DNA of 43,472 bases from an uncultured Erysipelothrix sp. (GCA_964514505.1 CAZEQW010000001.1:1-43472); one strand, 5' to 3'; shown: positions 1 to 10,047, numbered from the stretch's first letter. The notes: a model not told the origin generated them from the letters alone. Numbers and translations are program-made.

Positions 1-497
1 GGACCGTTCCAAAGATTTTGTGTAACAAGCCAAGTTGTTAAACTTTTTTCGGTAATTGGTTCATTGTCATAATGAGTTAAGGTACTTAATATTTTGATAT
101 TTCCTTTTTCATCAACTTCATAAACAATGAATGATGGGGTTCTCTCAACATTAAATCTATCTTTTAATTGTGTTACTGTCATGTCTTTATAATCTTTTAA
201 ACTAATTAGTGATATTTCAGGTAGCCAACCATCTCCCTTTATTGATAGGGGAGTTAGCACAGAGTTAATTACATATTTACTGTCTTTATCATCATAGCTT
301 AGGTAAATTAATTGCTTACCTGTTTTATGAGTATAATTATGAATAAATTCCTCGTATTCAACAGATGCATCATATAAACTCATTGAATAATCACTTTTAG
401 GTGTTTCTGACTTTGGTCTAAAGTAGAAATATAAGAATACAGGGGTCGTGACTAATATAGCTATAACTAAGCTAATTATTACTGTTCTCTTTCTCAT
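1..497 (-). CDS. Hypothetical membrane-anchored protein, possible thioredoxin-like fold without CxxC (runs off the left edge of the window)
   Basis: Not in the ORF track; translated by hand. ATG at 497 (minus) is preceded by AAGGAGG and the frame is open to position 1: MRKRTVIISLVIAILVTTPVFLYFYFRPK...LKDRFNVERTPSFIVYEVD...SLTTWLVTQNLWNG. Basic N-terminus followed by one hydrophobic helix. Confidence 0.8.
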   Translation of the reverse strand, partial: MRKRTVIISLVIAILVTTPVFLYFYFRPKSETPKSDYSMSLYDASVEYEEFIHNYTHKTGKQLIYLSYDDKDSKYVINSVLTPLSIKGDGWLPEISLISLKDYKDMTVTQLKDRFNVERTPSFIVYEVDEKGNIKILSTLTHYDNEPITEKSLTTWLVTQNLWNG

Positions 498-516
498 AAG
501 TCCTCCTTGTGTTATT

Positions 517-544
517 ACTATACATGATATGAAAATATTATCAA
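517..544 (-). promoter_or_regulatory. Putative sigma-A promoter of the minus-strand gene
   Basis: Minus strand reads TTGATA-16 nt-TATAGT, about 20 nt upstream of the start codon. Confidence 0.4.
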
Positions 545-588
545 TATATTTTACGAAAGTTTCATTTGAACACATTTTATAGTTGCTC

Positions 589-617
589 TTTAATTAAGCG
601 TTAATATCGGTTATAAT
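589..617 (+). promoter_or_regulatory. Putative sigma-A promoter of smc
   Basis: TATAAT at 612-617 with a weak -35 (TTTAAT) 17 nt upstream; GGGGGT SD-like sequence before ATG 643. Confidence 0.4.
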
Positions 618-642
618 TGAATGGGTTAGAACGGGGGTTTTT

Positions 643-3579
643 ATGTTCCTCAAGAAAATTGAAATGAAAGGATTTAAATCCTTTGCGGATCATGTTGTTA
701 TTAACTTTGATGAATCCGTTACTGGGATTGTTGGTCCCAATGGTTGTGGAAAAAGTAATATCAGTGATGCTATTCGTTGGGTACTAGGTGAGCAATCAGT
801 TAAGTCCATGCGTGGGTCTAGTATGACGGATGTTATTTTTAATGGTACTGAAAACAGAAGGAAGGTTAACTTAGCTGAAGTTACCCTTGTTTTTAATAAT
901 GAGTTGAATGTCTTAAACAGTGAGTTTGTTGAAGTTGAAGTTACGCGTCGTCTGTTTAGGGACACACGTGAGTCGGAGTATCTAATTAATAAAGTTCCGT
1001 GTCGCTTACGTGATATTCATGATCTAGTTATGGATACAGGATTAGGTCGTGATAGTTTGTCGATAATATCGCAAGGTTCAATTAGTTTTTTTGCTGAAAG
1101 TAAGCCAATTGAAAGAAGAGTTATTTTTGAGGAAGCTGCAGGGGTATCGAAGTATAAGCGTCGTAAAGTTGAGTCAATTCGTAAGTTAGAGCGTACACAA
1201 GATAACATAGAGCGTATGCAAGATATCGTAGATGAGATATCTAAGCAAGTGGCACCTCTAAAACGTGCTGCTAAAAAAGCTATCTCATATATGGAGAAAC
1301 GTGATGCTTTAGAAAAAATCGAAGTATCAGTATTAGTTTCTGAGATTGAAAGCTTAGGTAAGTCAATTGAAAAAACAGGATCGCATGAGTTTGATTTGGA
1401 ATCAAGTCAAGCGAGTCTGGAAACTAAGATTGGTGTATTTGATCATGATTTAGTTTCCAAGCGTTCTCAAACCTTTGAGTTGGATCAATATTTAGTAAAG
1501 TCTCAAGAGACGATGATGGAATTAGTTCGTGAGATTGGTGTGCTTGAAACTCGTAAGATTGAGATTGATGAAAAACGAAAGTATGCGATAGAAGTAGGTA
1601 ATAAAGAAGAAAAGGCTGCTGAGATGCGACTTTCTCTAGCAGATGCTAAGGTTGAGTACGAAGAGCGCTTGGAGCGTCATCGTGAACTCAAAGCAGAAGT
1701 AGAATTACTAAATAATAGTTTAGATATTGCTAATGCTAAGTTAGCTACTTTGTATCAGAATAGAGACTTTAGTGAAACACAACGATCTCGATTAGAGAAT
1801 CGTATGGAACTTTTGAATCATCGCTTAAAGCGTCCGTTTGAGACTAGTGGTGGGGTTCAAACTATTCTTGATAATAAAGGCAGTCTATACGGAATTCATG
1901 ATGTTGTCGCAAATATCTTAACTCCATTAGATGGGTATGAGGAAGCGATTAATACTACGTTAGCTGGAGCTATGCGTCATATTGTAACTACGGATGATCA
2001 AGGTGCTATTCAGGCCATTGATTTTCTTAAGAGAAATAGATCTGGTCGTGCAACCTTTATTCCTTTAAATGTTGTTAAGGAGCGTTCGCTTCATCCTGAT
2101 GCTATTACTGTATGTGAACATGCTAATGGATATTTAGGTGTGGCTAGTGATTTTGTTGAGTGCGAAGACGTTTATGATGTTTTAAGTAAGAATTTACTTG
2201 GAAATGTAATTGTAGTAGATACTATTGAAAATGCGAATACTTTAGCTAAGCGTTTAAACTATCGCTTTAGAGTTGTTACTTTAGATGGTGATGTAATTCA
2301 TCAAGGTGGGGTAATGAGTGGTGGTAGAAACCGTGATGGTAATACAAGCAATCGTAGTATTACTACAGAAATAGAATCTATCAAAATGCAATTAGATAAA
2401 ATAAATATTAATATGGATGCCCTTGAGTTAGAGTTGAATCAGCTTAAAGGGTTAGTTCGTAAAGATAACGACCACTTAATGGAGAAACGTATTGCTTTAG
2501 CACAATTGGAACCACTGCTTGATGTAAAGCGTGCTAAATACGAGCGTATGCAAGCTGAGTATGATGAGTTAAACATTGAGGGCAATGAAAGTGTAGATGT
2601 ATCAGAGGGAGTTATTATACAACTCAACCAAGCTTTAATGAAACGTGATGAGTTGGCTACTAATATGGGCTTGGCTCGTGAGCGTCGTTTATCACTTAGT
2701 AATGATACCCAGAGAATTGAAGCACAAATACGAGAGCACCGTCGTGAGTTAAATGATATAAGTACTGAGTTAAATGGTTTGAAGATGAAGAGTCTAAAGG
2801 ATGCTACGCGTCGAGAAAGTATTCTTGAACGTTTGTCTAATGAATACCAAATGACTTATGAGTATGCTTTAGAGAACGTTTATGACGAAGAAAAAAGTGG
2901 TTTACGTGATGAAGTATTGAAATTAAGGTCAGATATTACCAAACTAGGCAATGTTAACTTAGATGCTCCTAAGGAATACGATGAGGTTAATGAACGCTTT
3001 ACTTTCCTAAGCGCACAACTTGAAGACTTGGTTAATTCTAGAACTAAGTTATTGAGTGTCATTGATGAATTAGATAGCATCATGGAAGTTCAGTTTATGG
3101 AAATGTTTAATAAGATTAATGATGAACTGAAGAATGTGTTCTCTAAGTTATTTAATGGGGGACGTGCTAAGTTAGTATTAGAGGATCCTAATGATGTCTT
3201 AAATACAGGTGTTGATATTGATGTTCAGCCTCCTGGTAAGTCTGTTCAAAATATACGTCTGTTCTCAGGTGGAGAAAAATCACTGATTGCCATATCAGTG
3301 CTATTCTCAATAATCAATGCACGACATGTTCCATTATGTGTATTTGATGAGGTAGAGGCTGCTCTTGACCAAGTTAACGTAGAGAGACTAGCAAATTATA
3401 TTAAAGAGTTGTCTGATGATACACAGTTCATCTTGATTACACACAGACCTGGGACAATGCAACGTGCTGATACTCTATATGGTGTAACAATGCCTAATCA
3501 AGGGGTATCATCATTGTTGAAAGTTAAGTTAGATGAAGCTATGGAAATGCGCGATGATGAGGTGATTGGAAGTGCTTAG
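643..3579 (+). CDS. smc: Chromosome partition protein SMC (short-arm type, 978 aa)
   Basis: GFKSF, Walker A GPNGCGKSN, Q-loop IISQG, hinge GDVIHQGGVMSGG, signature FSGGEK, Walker B/D-loop FDEVEAALD; directly upstream of ftsY. Confidence 0.97.
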   Translation: MFLKKIEMKGFKSFADHVVINFDESVTGIVGPNGCGKSNISDAIRWVLGEQSVKSMRGSSMTDVIFNGTENRRKVNLAEVTLVFNNELNVLNSEFVEVEVTRRLFRDTRESEYLINKVPCRLRDIHDLVMDTGLGRDSLSIISQGSISFFAESKPIERRVIFEEAAGVSKYKRRKVESIRKLERTQDNIERMQDIVDEISKQVAPLKRAAKKAISYMEKRDALEKIEVSVLVSEIESLGKSIEKTGSHEFDLESSQASLETKIGVFDHDLVSKRSQTFELDQYLVKSQETMMELVREIGVLETRKIEIDEKRKYAIEVGNKEEKAAEMRLSLADAKVEYEERLERHRELKAEVELLNNSLDIANAKLATLYQNRDFSETQRSRLENRMELLNHRLKRPFETSGGVQTILDNKGSLYGIHDVVANILTPLDGYEEAINTTLAGAMRHIVTTDDQGAIQAIDFLKRNRSGRATFIPLNVVKERSLHPDAITVCEHANGYLGVASDFVECEDVYDVLSKNLLGNVIVVDTIENANTLAKRLNYRFRVVTLDGDVIHQGGVMSGGRNRDGNTSNRSITTEIESIKMQLDKININMDALELELNQLKGLVRKDNDHLMEKRIALAQLEPLLDVKRAKYERMQAEYDELNIEGNESVDVSEGVIIQLNQALMKRDELATNMGLARERRLSLSNDTQRIEAQIREHRRELNDISTELNGLKMKSLKDATRRESILERLSNEYQMTYEYALENVYDEEKSGLRDEVLKLRSDITKLGNVNLDAPKEYDEVNERFTFLSAQLEDLVNSRTKLLSVIDELDSIMEVQFMEMFNKINDELKNVFSKLFNGGRAKLVLEDPNDVLNTGVDIDVQPPGKSVQNIRLFSGGEKSLIAISVLFSIINARHVPLCVFDEVEAALDQVNVERLANYIKELSDDTQFILITHRPGTMQRADTLYGVTMPNQGVSSLLKVKLDEAMEMRDDEVIGSA

Positions 3580-4516
3580 AGGATTAAAGAAAGTATTTGC
3601 GTCTAAGAAAGATGAAACATTATATACAACTGGATTAGAGAACACCCGCCAAGGATTTGGAAGCAAACTTAAATCAATGTTTGTTGGTAAACCTGTATTT
3701 GACGATGCATGGTATGATCAATTATTAGGGTTACTAATTCAATCGGATGTATCATTAAAGACAGCACAAAAAATGATTCGTAGTTTTAAAAAAGATGTTA
3801 AAAAGATTAAAGACGAAGATGATGCTTTAGATATGTTTGTGGAGATGTTGATGCGTCAATATGGCGATAATGTTGAGCCGTATGAACTACATGAGGGTCT
3901 AAACACGATCTTAGTTGTTGGAGTTAATGGAACCGGTAAAACGACGACTTGTGCTAAATTAGCTAATAGATATAAGGACCTGGGATATAAAGTTTTATTA
4001 GTAGGTGGAGACACCTTTAGAGCTGCAGGAAGCGACCAACTTAAAGCTTGGAGTGAAACTATTGGTGTTGATTTTATCGGTGGTAATGATGGGCAAGACC
4101 CTGCGTCTGTATATGTTGATGCCATTCGTTATGCTAAGGAGAATGAGTTTGACTTAGTAATCTTAGATAGTGCTGGACGTCTGCAAAACAAAGTTAATCT
4201 AATGAATGAGTTGGATAAAATGAAACGAGTGCTTGAGCGTGAAGCTGGGAAAATTGATCATACTTATCTTGTTATAGATGGTAATACAGGACAAAACGGT
4301 ATTTCTCAAGCTAAGAACTTTACCGATGTTACACCTGTATCATCTTTGATTGTTACTAAGTTAGATGGATCACCTAAAGGTGGAGTATTATTAAGTATAA
4401 AAGATGAGTTAGGTATCAAAGTAAGTTATATTGGTTTGGGTGAGGGTGTAGATGACCTTAGAGCATTTGATATAAAAAGTTATCTATCTAGTTTGGTATT
4501 AGACAATGAGCTTTAG
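3566..4516 (+). CDS. ftsY: SRP receptor GTPase FtsY (NG domain only); real start may be GTG 3572
   Basis: GVNGTGKTTT, DTFRAA, DSAGR, TKLDG, G.GE...DL motifs; smc-ftsY synteny; GAGGTGA lies a few nt before GTG 3572. Confidence 0.95.
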   Translation: MEVLRGLKKVFASKKDETLYTTGLENTRQGFGSKLKSMFVGKPVFDDAWYDQLLGLLIQSDVSLKTAQKMIRSFKKDVKKIKDEDDALDMFVEMLMRQYGDNVEPYELHEGLNTILVVGVNGTGKTTTCAKLANRYKDLGYKVLLVGGDTFRAAGSDQLKAWSETIGVDFIGGNDGQDPASVYVDAIRYAKENEFDLVILDSAGRLQNKVNLMNELDKMKRVLEREAGKIDHTYLVIDGNTGQNGISQAKNFTDVTPVSSLIVTKLDGSPKGGVLLSIKDELGIKVSYIGLGEGVDDLRAFDIKSYLSSLVLDNEL

Positions 4517-4823
4517 TAAAGTAGTATATCTAAATAAGTTGTTTGATCAGTATTCAAGTTTACTAACTGAGCGCCAACAAGAAGTCTTTATTGACTATTA
4601 TCAAGAGGATTTATCGTATCAGGAAATAGCAGATTCGTTAGGTATTAGTCGTGCTGGTGTCTTTGACACGTTGAAACGAACGGTTTCTTTTTTAGAAAAC
4701 ACTGAAAAGAAGGTTGGTTTCGTTGAAAAATATGATACACTTATTAGGGAATTATTAGCTTTAAACATAAAAGAGGTTAACGATATTATTGATCGTTTGG
4801 ACATAGGAGGAAACAATGAGTAA
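4506..4823 (+). CDS. ylxM: YlxM/UPF0122 helix-turn-helix protein (SRP-associated)
   Basis: LFDQYSSLLTERQ...YYQEDLSYQEIA...ISRAGVFDTLKR matches the YlxM pattern; follows ftsY. Confidence 0.88.
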   Translation: MSFSKVVYLNKLFDQYSSLLTERQQEVFIDYYQEDLSYQEIADSLGISRAGVFDTLKRTVSFLENTEKKVGFVEKYDTLIRELLALNIKEVNDIIDRLDIGGNNE

Positions 4824-6012
4824 AGTATTAGCAGTTAATGCAGGAAGTAGTTCGTTAAAGTTTCAATTATTTGAAATGCCAGAAGAGGAAGTATTAGCAT
4901 CTGGAGTAATTGAAAGGATTGGGTTATCAGATGGAATCTTTTCCATTAAGTATAACGGTAATAAAGATAAGGATATATTGGATATCCCTGACCACAACGT
5001 TGCTGCAGATTTTGTATTGAAAGCTTTAGTTGAAAAGAAGATTGTTGAAGATTTAAATGAAGTAGTATCTGTAGGGCACCGTGTAGTTCATGGTGGGGAG
5101 AGTTTCTCTAAATCAGTGATTGCTACTGATGAAAACGTTAATATTGTAGAAGAGTTAGCTGATTTAGCACCTCTACATAATCCAGCAAACTTAGTAGGAT
5201 ATCGTTCTTTCTTAGCAGCATTGCCAAATGCTACGCATACATTTTCATTTGACACAGCGTTTCATCAAACAATGGAACCTGAAGTGTTTATTTATCCATT
5301 ACCATATGAGTACTATACGGATTTAAAGGTTCGTCGTTATGGTATGCATGGAACGTCTCACCAATATGTTTCACACCGTACAGCAGAGCTTATGGGACGT
5401 GAAAATGAAGGGTTGAATGTTATCACATTACACCTTGGTAACGGTGCATCAATCTCAGCTGTAAAGGATGGGAAGTGTATTAATACATCAATGGGCTTTA
5501 CACCTTTATCAGGAATCATGATGGGTACTCGTACAGGGGATGTTGACCCTGCTGTAGTTACTTACTTAATGCGTAAGTTAGATAAAACTGCTGAAGAGAT
5601 TTTAGAAATCTTTAACAAGAAATCAGGTATGTTAGGTATTAGTGGTTTATCAAGTGATGCTCGTGAAATTGAAAATGCAATTGAAGAAAACAACGAACGT
5701 GCAATCTTAACACGTAATATTTATGCTGAACGTGTTCTTCAAGTTGTTGGTGGATTTGCTATGCAACTGGGCCGCGTTGATGCCATTGCATTTACTGCTG
5801 GTCTTGGAGAAAATGATGGTGGTATTCGTGCCGCTATTATTGATCGCTTAGTTGATGGTTTAGGTATTGATTATAACAAAGAAATTAATGCAACAGCTCG
5901 TGGTAAAGAAATAGAGTTAAGTACTCCTAAGTCTAAGGTTGCAGTATGGGTTGTACCTACTAATGAAGAACTAGTTATCGCAAAAGATGCGTTTGCTTTA
6001 CACAATGCATAA
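4816..6012 (+). CDS. ackA: Acetate kinase
   Basis: NAGSSSLK, GHRVVHGG, APLHNP, FDTAFH, HLGNGAS, MGTRTGD, PTNEE; SD AGGAGG. Confidence 0.97.
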   Translation: MSKVLAVNAGSSSLKFQLFEMPEEEVLASGVIERIGLSDGIFSIKYNGNKDKDILDIPDHNVAADFVLKALVEKKIVEDLNEVVSVGHRVVHGGESFSKSVIATDENVNIVEELADLAPLHNPANLVGYRSFLAALPNATHTFSFDTAFHQTMEPEVFIYPLPYEYYTDLKVRRYGMHGTSHQYVSHRTAELMGRENEGLNVITLHLGNGASISAVKDGKCINTSMGFTPLSGIMMGTRTGDVDPAVVTYLMRKLDKTAEEILEIFNKKSGMLGISGLSSDAREIENAIEENNERAILTRNIYAERVLQVVGGFAMQLGRVDAIAFTAGLGENDGGIRAAIIDRLVDGLGIDYNKEINATARGKEIELSTPKSKVAVWVVPTNEELVIAKDAFALHNA

Positions 6013-6922
6013 ACTTATTCAGTTTATTGAAAAAAATGAAAGTTTCATAGTATTACGTCATATTAATCCTGATGGTGATGCGTTTGGCTCGCAGTGGGGA
6101 CTAGCAAATTATATTATAGAGAACTATCCATATAAGCAAGTTTATGTCATGGGAGCTCGACCTGATAACGCAGTATTTTTTCCTGTAAACATAGAACCTG
6201 AAGCTGCTAACCTAAAGGATGCTGTGACCATAGTATTAGATAGCGCTACTCAGGAGCGTATAGATGGTCCCTTTGATCAAACTAAATTTGTATTTAATAT
6301 TGATCATCATCCCACAGAACAACCATATGGTGATGACTATATTGTCGAACCACATCGTTCTAGTACATGTGAGTTAGTTGCGAGTATATTACTACCAACT
6401 GGAAAAGTATCGAAGAAAACAGCTAATTATCTTCTAGCTGGTATTTTAACGGATACTAATAAATTTAGTACAGAGAATACAAGTCCTGAAACATTAAGGA
6501 TTGCTTCAGAACTAATGGCATTAGGTGCTGATATCACATGGCTATCAAGACATTTCTTTTCTAGATCATTTATAAAATTAAAGACATCAGGGTCTTTGAT
6601 CAATGATATAGACTATAAAGATGGTCTTGCTACTTTAATCATCTCAAAAGAGAAAAGAGAAGAGTTGGGATTAAGTATTCAAGAAGCTAAGCATTACAAT
6701 AGTATAATGGCTAATATTAATGAGTTTGATATATATATTATTGCTGTTGAAGATGATGAGGGTATGTTTACAGCATCACTTCGTTCAAAGACAGTTACAA
6801 TCAATACGATATGTGAAATGTATGGTGGTGGAGGTCATCGCTTAGCATGTGGTATTAAAAGAGTTACAAAAGAGCAGATTAAAGAGTTACAGAAAATTTT
6901 GATTGACGCAATCAATAACTAA
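6005..6922 (+). CDS. nrnA: DHH/DHHA1 phosphoesterase, NanoRNase A / pAp phosphatase
   Basis: HINPDGDA, IDHH, GILTDT and GGGH motifs; upstream of dnaE as in B. subtilis. ATG 6005, overlapping the end of ackA, is preferred to the track start at 5987. Confidence 0.85.
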   Translation: MHKLIQFIEKNESFIVLRHINPDGDAFGSQWGLANYIIENYPYKQVYVMGARPDNAVFFPVNIEPEAANLKDAVTIVLDSATQERIDGPFDQTKFVFNIDHHPTEQPYGDDYIVEPHRSSTCELVASILLPTGKVSKKTANYLLAGILTDTNKFSTENTSPETLRIASELMALGADITWLSRHFFSRSFIKLKTSGSLINDIDYKDGLATLIISKEKREELGLSIQEAKHYNSIMANINEFDIYIIAVEDDEGMFTASLRSKTVTINTICEMYGGGGHRLACGIKRVTKEQIKELQKILIDAINN

Positions 6923-6947
6923 CCCACTTTATGTAGTGGGTTTTTTT
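6921..6947 (+). terminator. Intrinsic terminator after nrnA
   Basis: AACCCACT-ttatgt-AGTGGGTT stem-loop running into a T7 tract. Confidence 0.85.
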
Positions 6948-6982
6948 CACCTTTCTTTAACGTATTAAATGCAAAAGTAAGG

Positions 6983-6988
6983 TATAAT
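6983..6988 (+). promoter_or_regulatory. Putative -10 element of the dnaE promoter
   Basis: TATAAT just downstream of the terminator and upstream of SD AAGGGGTGA; no clear -35. Confidence 0.4.
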
Positions 6989-7008
6989 AGAGAAAAGGGG
7001 TGATTTTA

Positions 7009-10000
7009 GTGAGTGCACATTTATGCGTTAGGAGTCATTATTCAATACTACAGGGACTTATGTCGGTTGATGAGATCCTTAATAATGCTAAAAAAATGGG
7101 TTATAGTCACATTGCCCTTACTGAATATAATGTAATGTATTCAGCATTAGAGTTCTATGAGTTGAGTAAAATATATAATATTAAACCTATATTTGGGATG
7201 GAAGTTCAGTTTGAAGAGTATACTAGTTTATTATTGGCTAAAAACAATAGAGGTTTGGTTGCTTTAAATCATATTTCTTATCTATTAAGCTATCAAAAGT
7301 TTATTGAACTTGAAGACATAGTCCCATATAATGAGGATCTTATTTTTATTGCTTTTTCTGAGAACGGTCCATTTGAAAAAAATCTGAACAGAAATAGCTT
7401 AATCTTAGTTTCGGATACCATGCAGATGTTAAAAGACAACTTTAAGCATATATTTATTGGTATTTCACATCAAGAATCAAAATTCTTTCATGCTAATAAT
7501 GATATGTTAGTGCAATTAGCTAATGATATAGGTATTAAATGTGTTGCATTACCAAAAGTTTACTATAAGAATGAAACCGATGAGGAAGTATATAAAGCAC
7601 TAAGAGCTATTGATAATAGTAAGACACTCAACGATCCAACGTTAACATCTGAACCGGGTCGCTACTTTTTGAATAAAGAGACGTTTTCAAAGTTATATGA
7701 TATGGAATTATTAGATGTAGTCGATGAAATTATAGGTCTTATTGATGTTGATTATAGTTTAATTAAAACGGGTCTACCTGTATTTAACACTGGCCAGGAT
7801 ATATCAAATGATGTTTACCTGTCTACTTTAAGCAAGATAGGTCTAAGTAAACGTCTTAATAATCGTGACAACGAACTATATACTAAACGCCTTGAACATG
7901 AGTTAAATATTATTAATAGTATGAAATTTGCTGACTATTTCTTAATAGTCTACGATATTATTCGTTTCTCTAAAAACAAAGGGATTCTTATTGGTCCAGG
8001 AAGGGGAAGTGCTGCAGGTAGCTTAGTTTCTTATTCTTTAGGTATCACAGATGTTGATCCAATTAAGTATGGTTTACTATTTGAAAGGTTCTTGAACCCT
8101 GAGCGATTATCGATGCCTGATATTGATATAGATATTCCACCAAATCGTAAAGATGAAGTTATTAGGTATTTAAATATGAAGTATGGTAAAGAACACGTTG
8201 CTCATATTCTTACTTTTGATAATCTACGAGCTGTTAGTTCATTTAAAGCTGTTGGCAAGATTTTAAATATTCCGGCCGTTAAAGTAAATGAAGCTTCTTC
8301 ACGTATTGGTACTGGCACGTTGTTAGAAAGTTATCATAAGAACGCCCGCTTTGCGAAACTGATTCAAACTGATAAGAGTCTACAAAAATGTTTTGATCTA
8401 TCTCTTAAGATAGAGGGTCGTCCTCGTAACACAAGCATTCATCCCGCTGGTGTTGTCTTAAGTGATAAGCCTATTCTTGATGTTGCTTCGATGAAGGTGG
8501 TAGACCAAGAAGTTAATGCACTTCAATATGATATGACATACATCGAAGACATTGGATTAATTAAAATTGATTTACTCTCATTACGTAATTTGGAAACTAT
8601 TGATCGCGTATTACAAAAGATTCGTAAGTCACTTCCTAATTTTAAGATTCAAGATATTGCTCTAGATGATAAAAAAACATTTGAGTTATTAGCCAGAGGA
8701 TCTACTACCGGTATTTTTCAATTAGAGTCTACAGGTATGACTAATCTTCTTATGCAGATGAGACCTACTAAGTTTGAAGATATTGTAGCAACTATTGCTT
8801 TATATAGACCAGGTCCAATGGAAAATCGTGACATATATCTTAAGAATAAGTTTAATCCTGAATCAATAAAATATTTGCATCCTGATATAAAGGAAATCAC
8901 AAAAGATACATTTGGTGTTCTAATCTACCAGGAACAGATAATGGAAGTAGCGAGGGTGTTTGCGAACTTTACGTTAGCCAAAGCAGATAGTTTAAGAAGA
9001 GGATTAAGTAGTAAAGATGCTACAATTCTTAAAAACCTTGAGTTTGATTTTATTGAGGGTAGTCTTAAAAATGGTTATGATCTAAAAATAGCTCAGGAAG
9101 TGTTTTCTCTAATCTTTAAATTTGCGGATTATGGCTTTAATAAATCACACTCTGTCGCTTATGGGGTTATTGCCTATCAAATGGCGTATCTAAAAGCGAA
9201 CTATCCTGAAGTATTTTACACTGAGTTGTTAACAACTGTTATTAATGATGCGAGTAAGACTAGTGCTTATCTAGAGGAGTGTAAGAAGAATAATGTATTA
9301 ATATTGCCTCCTAATCTAGACCGAAGTACTAACACATATATGCTAGAAAACCATAAAATTAGGCTTCCTTTGACTCTTATTAAAGGTATATCTGATAATC
9401 TAAGTCAAACTATTATAAAAGAGCGTGAAGCGTTTGGAGCATTTAACTCATTTATAGATGCTATAGTACGCTTAATTAGTATTGGTGTTAAAAAAGATAA
9501 GATTGAGGCTTTAATAAGTGCAGGCTCAATGGATTACTTTGGTGAAACAAGAGAAGTAATGCATGCTAGTATTGATCGTATCATTATGTATGCGCAATTA
9601 GTTAGTAGTGTAGATGATGCTGGAAATCGTGTGATGAATTATGATTTACTGAGTAAACCCGAGTTGGTTTTAGCAGCAAACGATCGTAGTATTAGACTTG
9701 AAAAAGAGTATGCAGTACTTGGTTTTTACTTAAGTGAGCATCCTATTATGGAACTTCGACTAAAACACAACACAGTTGCACTGGATGCAATGGAAGTTAG
9801 AGATAGTTGGTATCGTGTGATTGCTGCTGTGTCTAGTATGCGCGAGATCCGTGATAAGAATGGTAACCCGATGGCCTTTCTAACCATTTCAGATGATACT
9901 GATAGCACAGATGTAGTGCTCTTTAGTTCCTTATATAATACCGTGAGAGGTAAGTTAAAAGTTGGTTCTTATGTTTTATTGATGTTAAGTTATAAAGAAG

Positions 10001-10047
10001 CTGGTTCTAAACTAGTTCAAAAAATTCATATAATAGAGAAGGAGTGA
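7009..10047 (+). CDS. dnaE: DNA polymerase III alpha subunit DnaE
   Basis: GPGRGSAAGS, LLFERFLNPER, PDIDID, HPAGVV, GIFQLES, YGFNKSHS, C-terminal OB fold. GTG 7009 has the better SD spacing (track start 7000). Confidence 0.96.
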   Translation: MSAHLCVRSHYSILQGLMSVDEILNNAKKMGYSHIALTEYNVMYSALEFYELSKIYNIKPIFGMEVQFEEYTSLLLAKNNRGLVALNHISYLLSYQKFIELEDIVPYNEDLIFIAFSENGPFEKNLNRNSLILVSDTMQMLKDNFKHIFIGISHQESKFFHANNDMLVQLANDIGIKCVALPKVYYKNETDEEVYKALRAIDNSKTLNDPTLTSEPGRYFLNKETFSKLYDMELLDVVDEIIGLIDVDYSLIKTGLPVFNTGQDISNDVYLSTLSKIGLSKRLNNRDNELYTKRLEHELNIINSMKFADYFLIVYDIIRFSKNKGILIGPGRGSAAGSLVSYSLGITDVDPIKYGLLFERFLNPERLSMPDIDIDIPPNRKDEVIRYLNMKYGKEHVAHILTFDNLRAVSSFKAVGKILNIPAVKVNEASSRIGTGTLLESYHKNARFAKLIQTDKSLQKCFDLSLKIEGRPRNTSIHPAGVVLSDKPILDVASMKVVDQEVNALQYDMTYIEDIGLIKIDLLSLRNLETIDRVLQKIRKSLPNFKIQDIALDDKKTFELLARGSTTGIFQLESTGMTNLLMQMRPTKFEDIVATIALYRPGPMENRDIYLKNKFNPESIKYLHPDIKEITKDTFGVLIYQEQIMEVARVFANFTLAKADSLRRGLSSKDATILKNLEFDFIEGSLKNGYDLKIAQEVFSLIFKFADYGFNKSHSVAYGVIAYQMAYLKANYPEVFYTELLTTVINDASKTSAYLEECKKNNVLILPPNLDRSTNTYMLENHKIRLPLTLIKGISDNLSQTIIKEREAFGAFNSFIDAIVRLISIGVKKDKIEALISAGSMDYFGETREVMHASIDRIIMYAQLVSSVDDAGNRVMNYDLLSKPELVLAANDRSIRLEKEYAVLGFYLSEHPIMELRLKHNTVALDAMEVRDSWYRVIAAVSSMREIRDKNGNPMAFLTISDDTDSTDVVLFSSLYNTVRGKLKVGSYVLLMLSYKEAGSKLVQKIHIIEKE

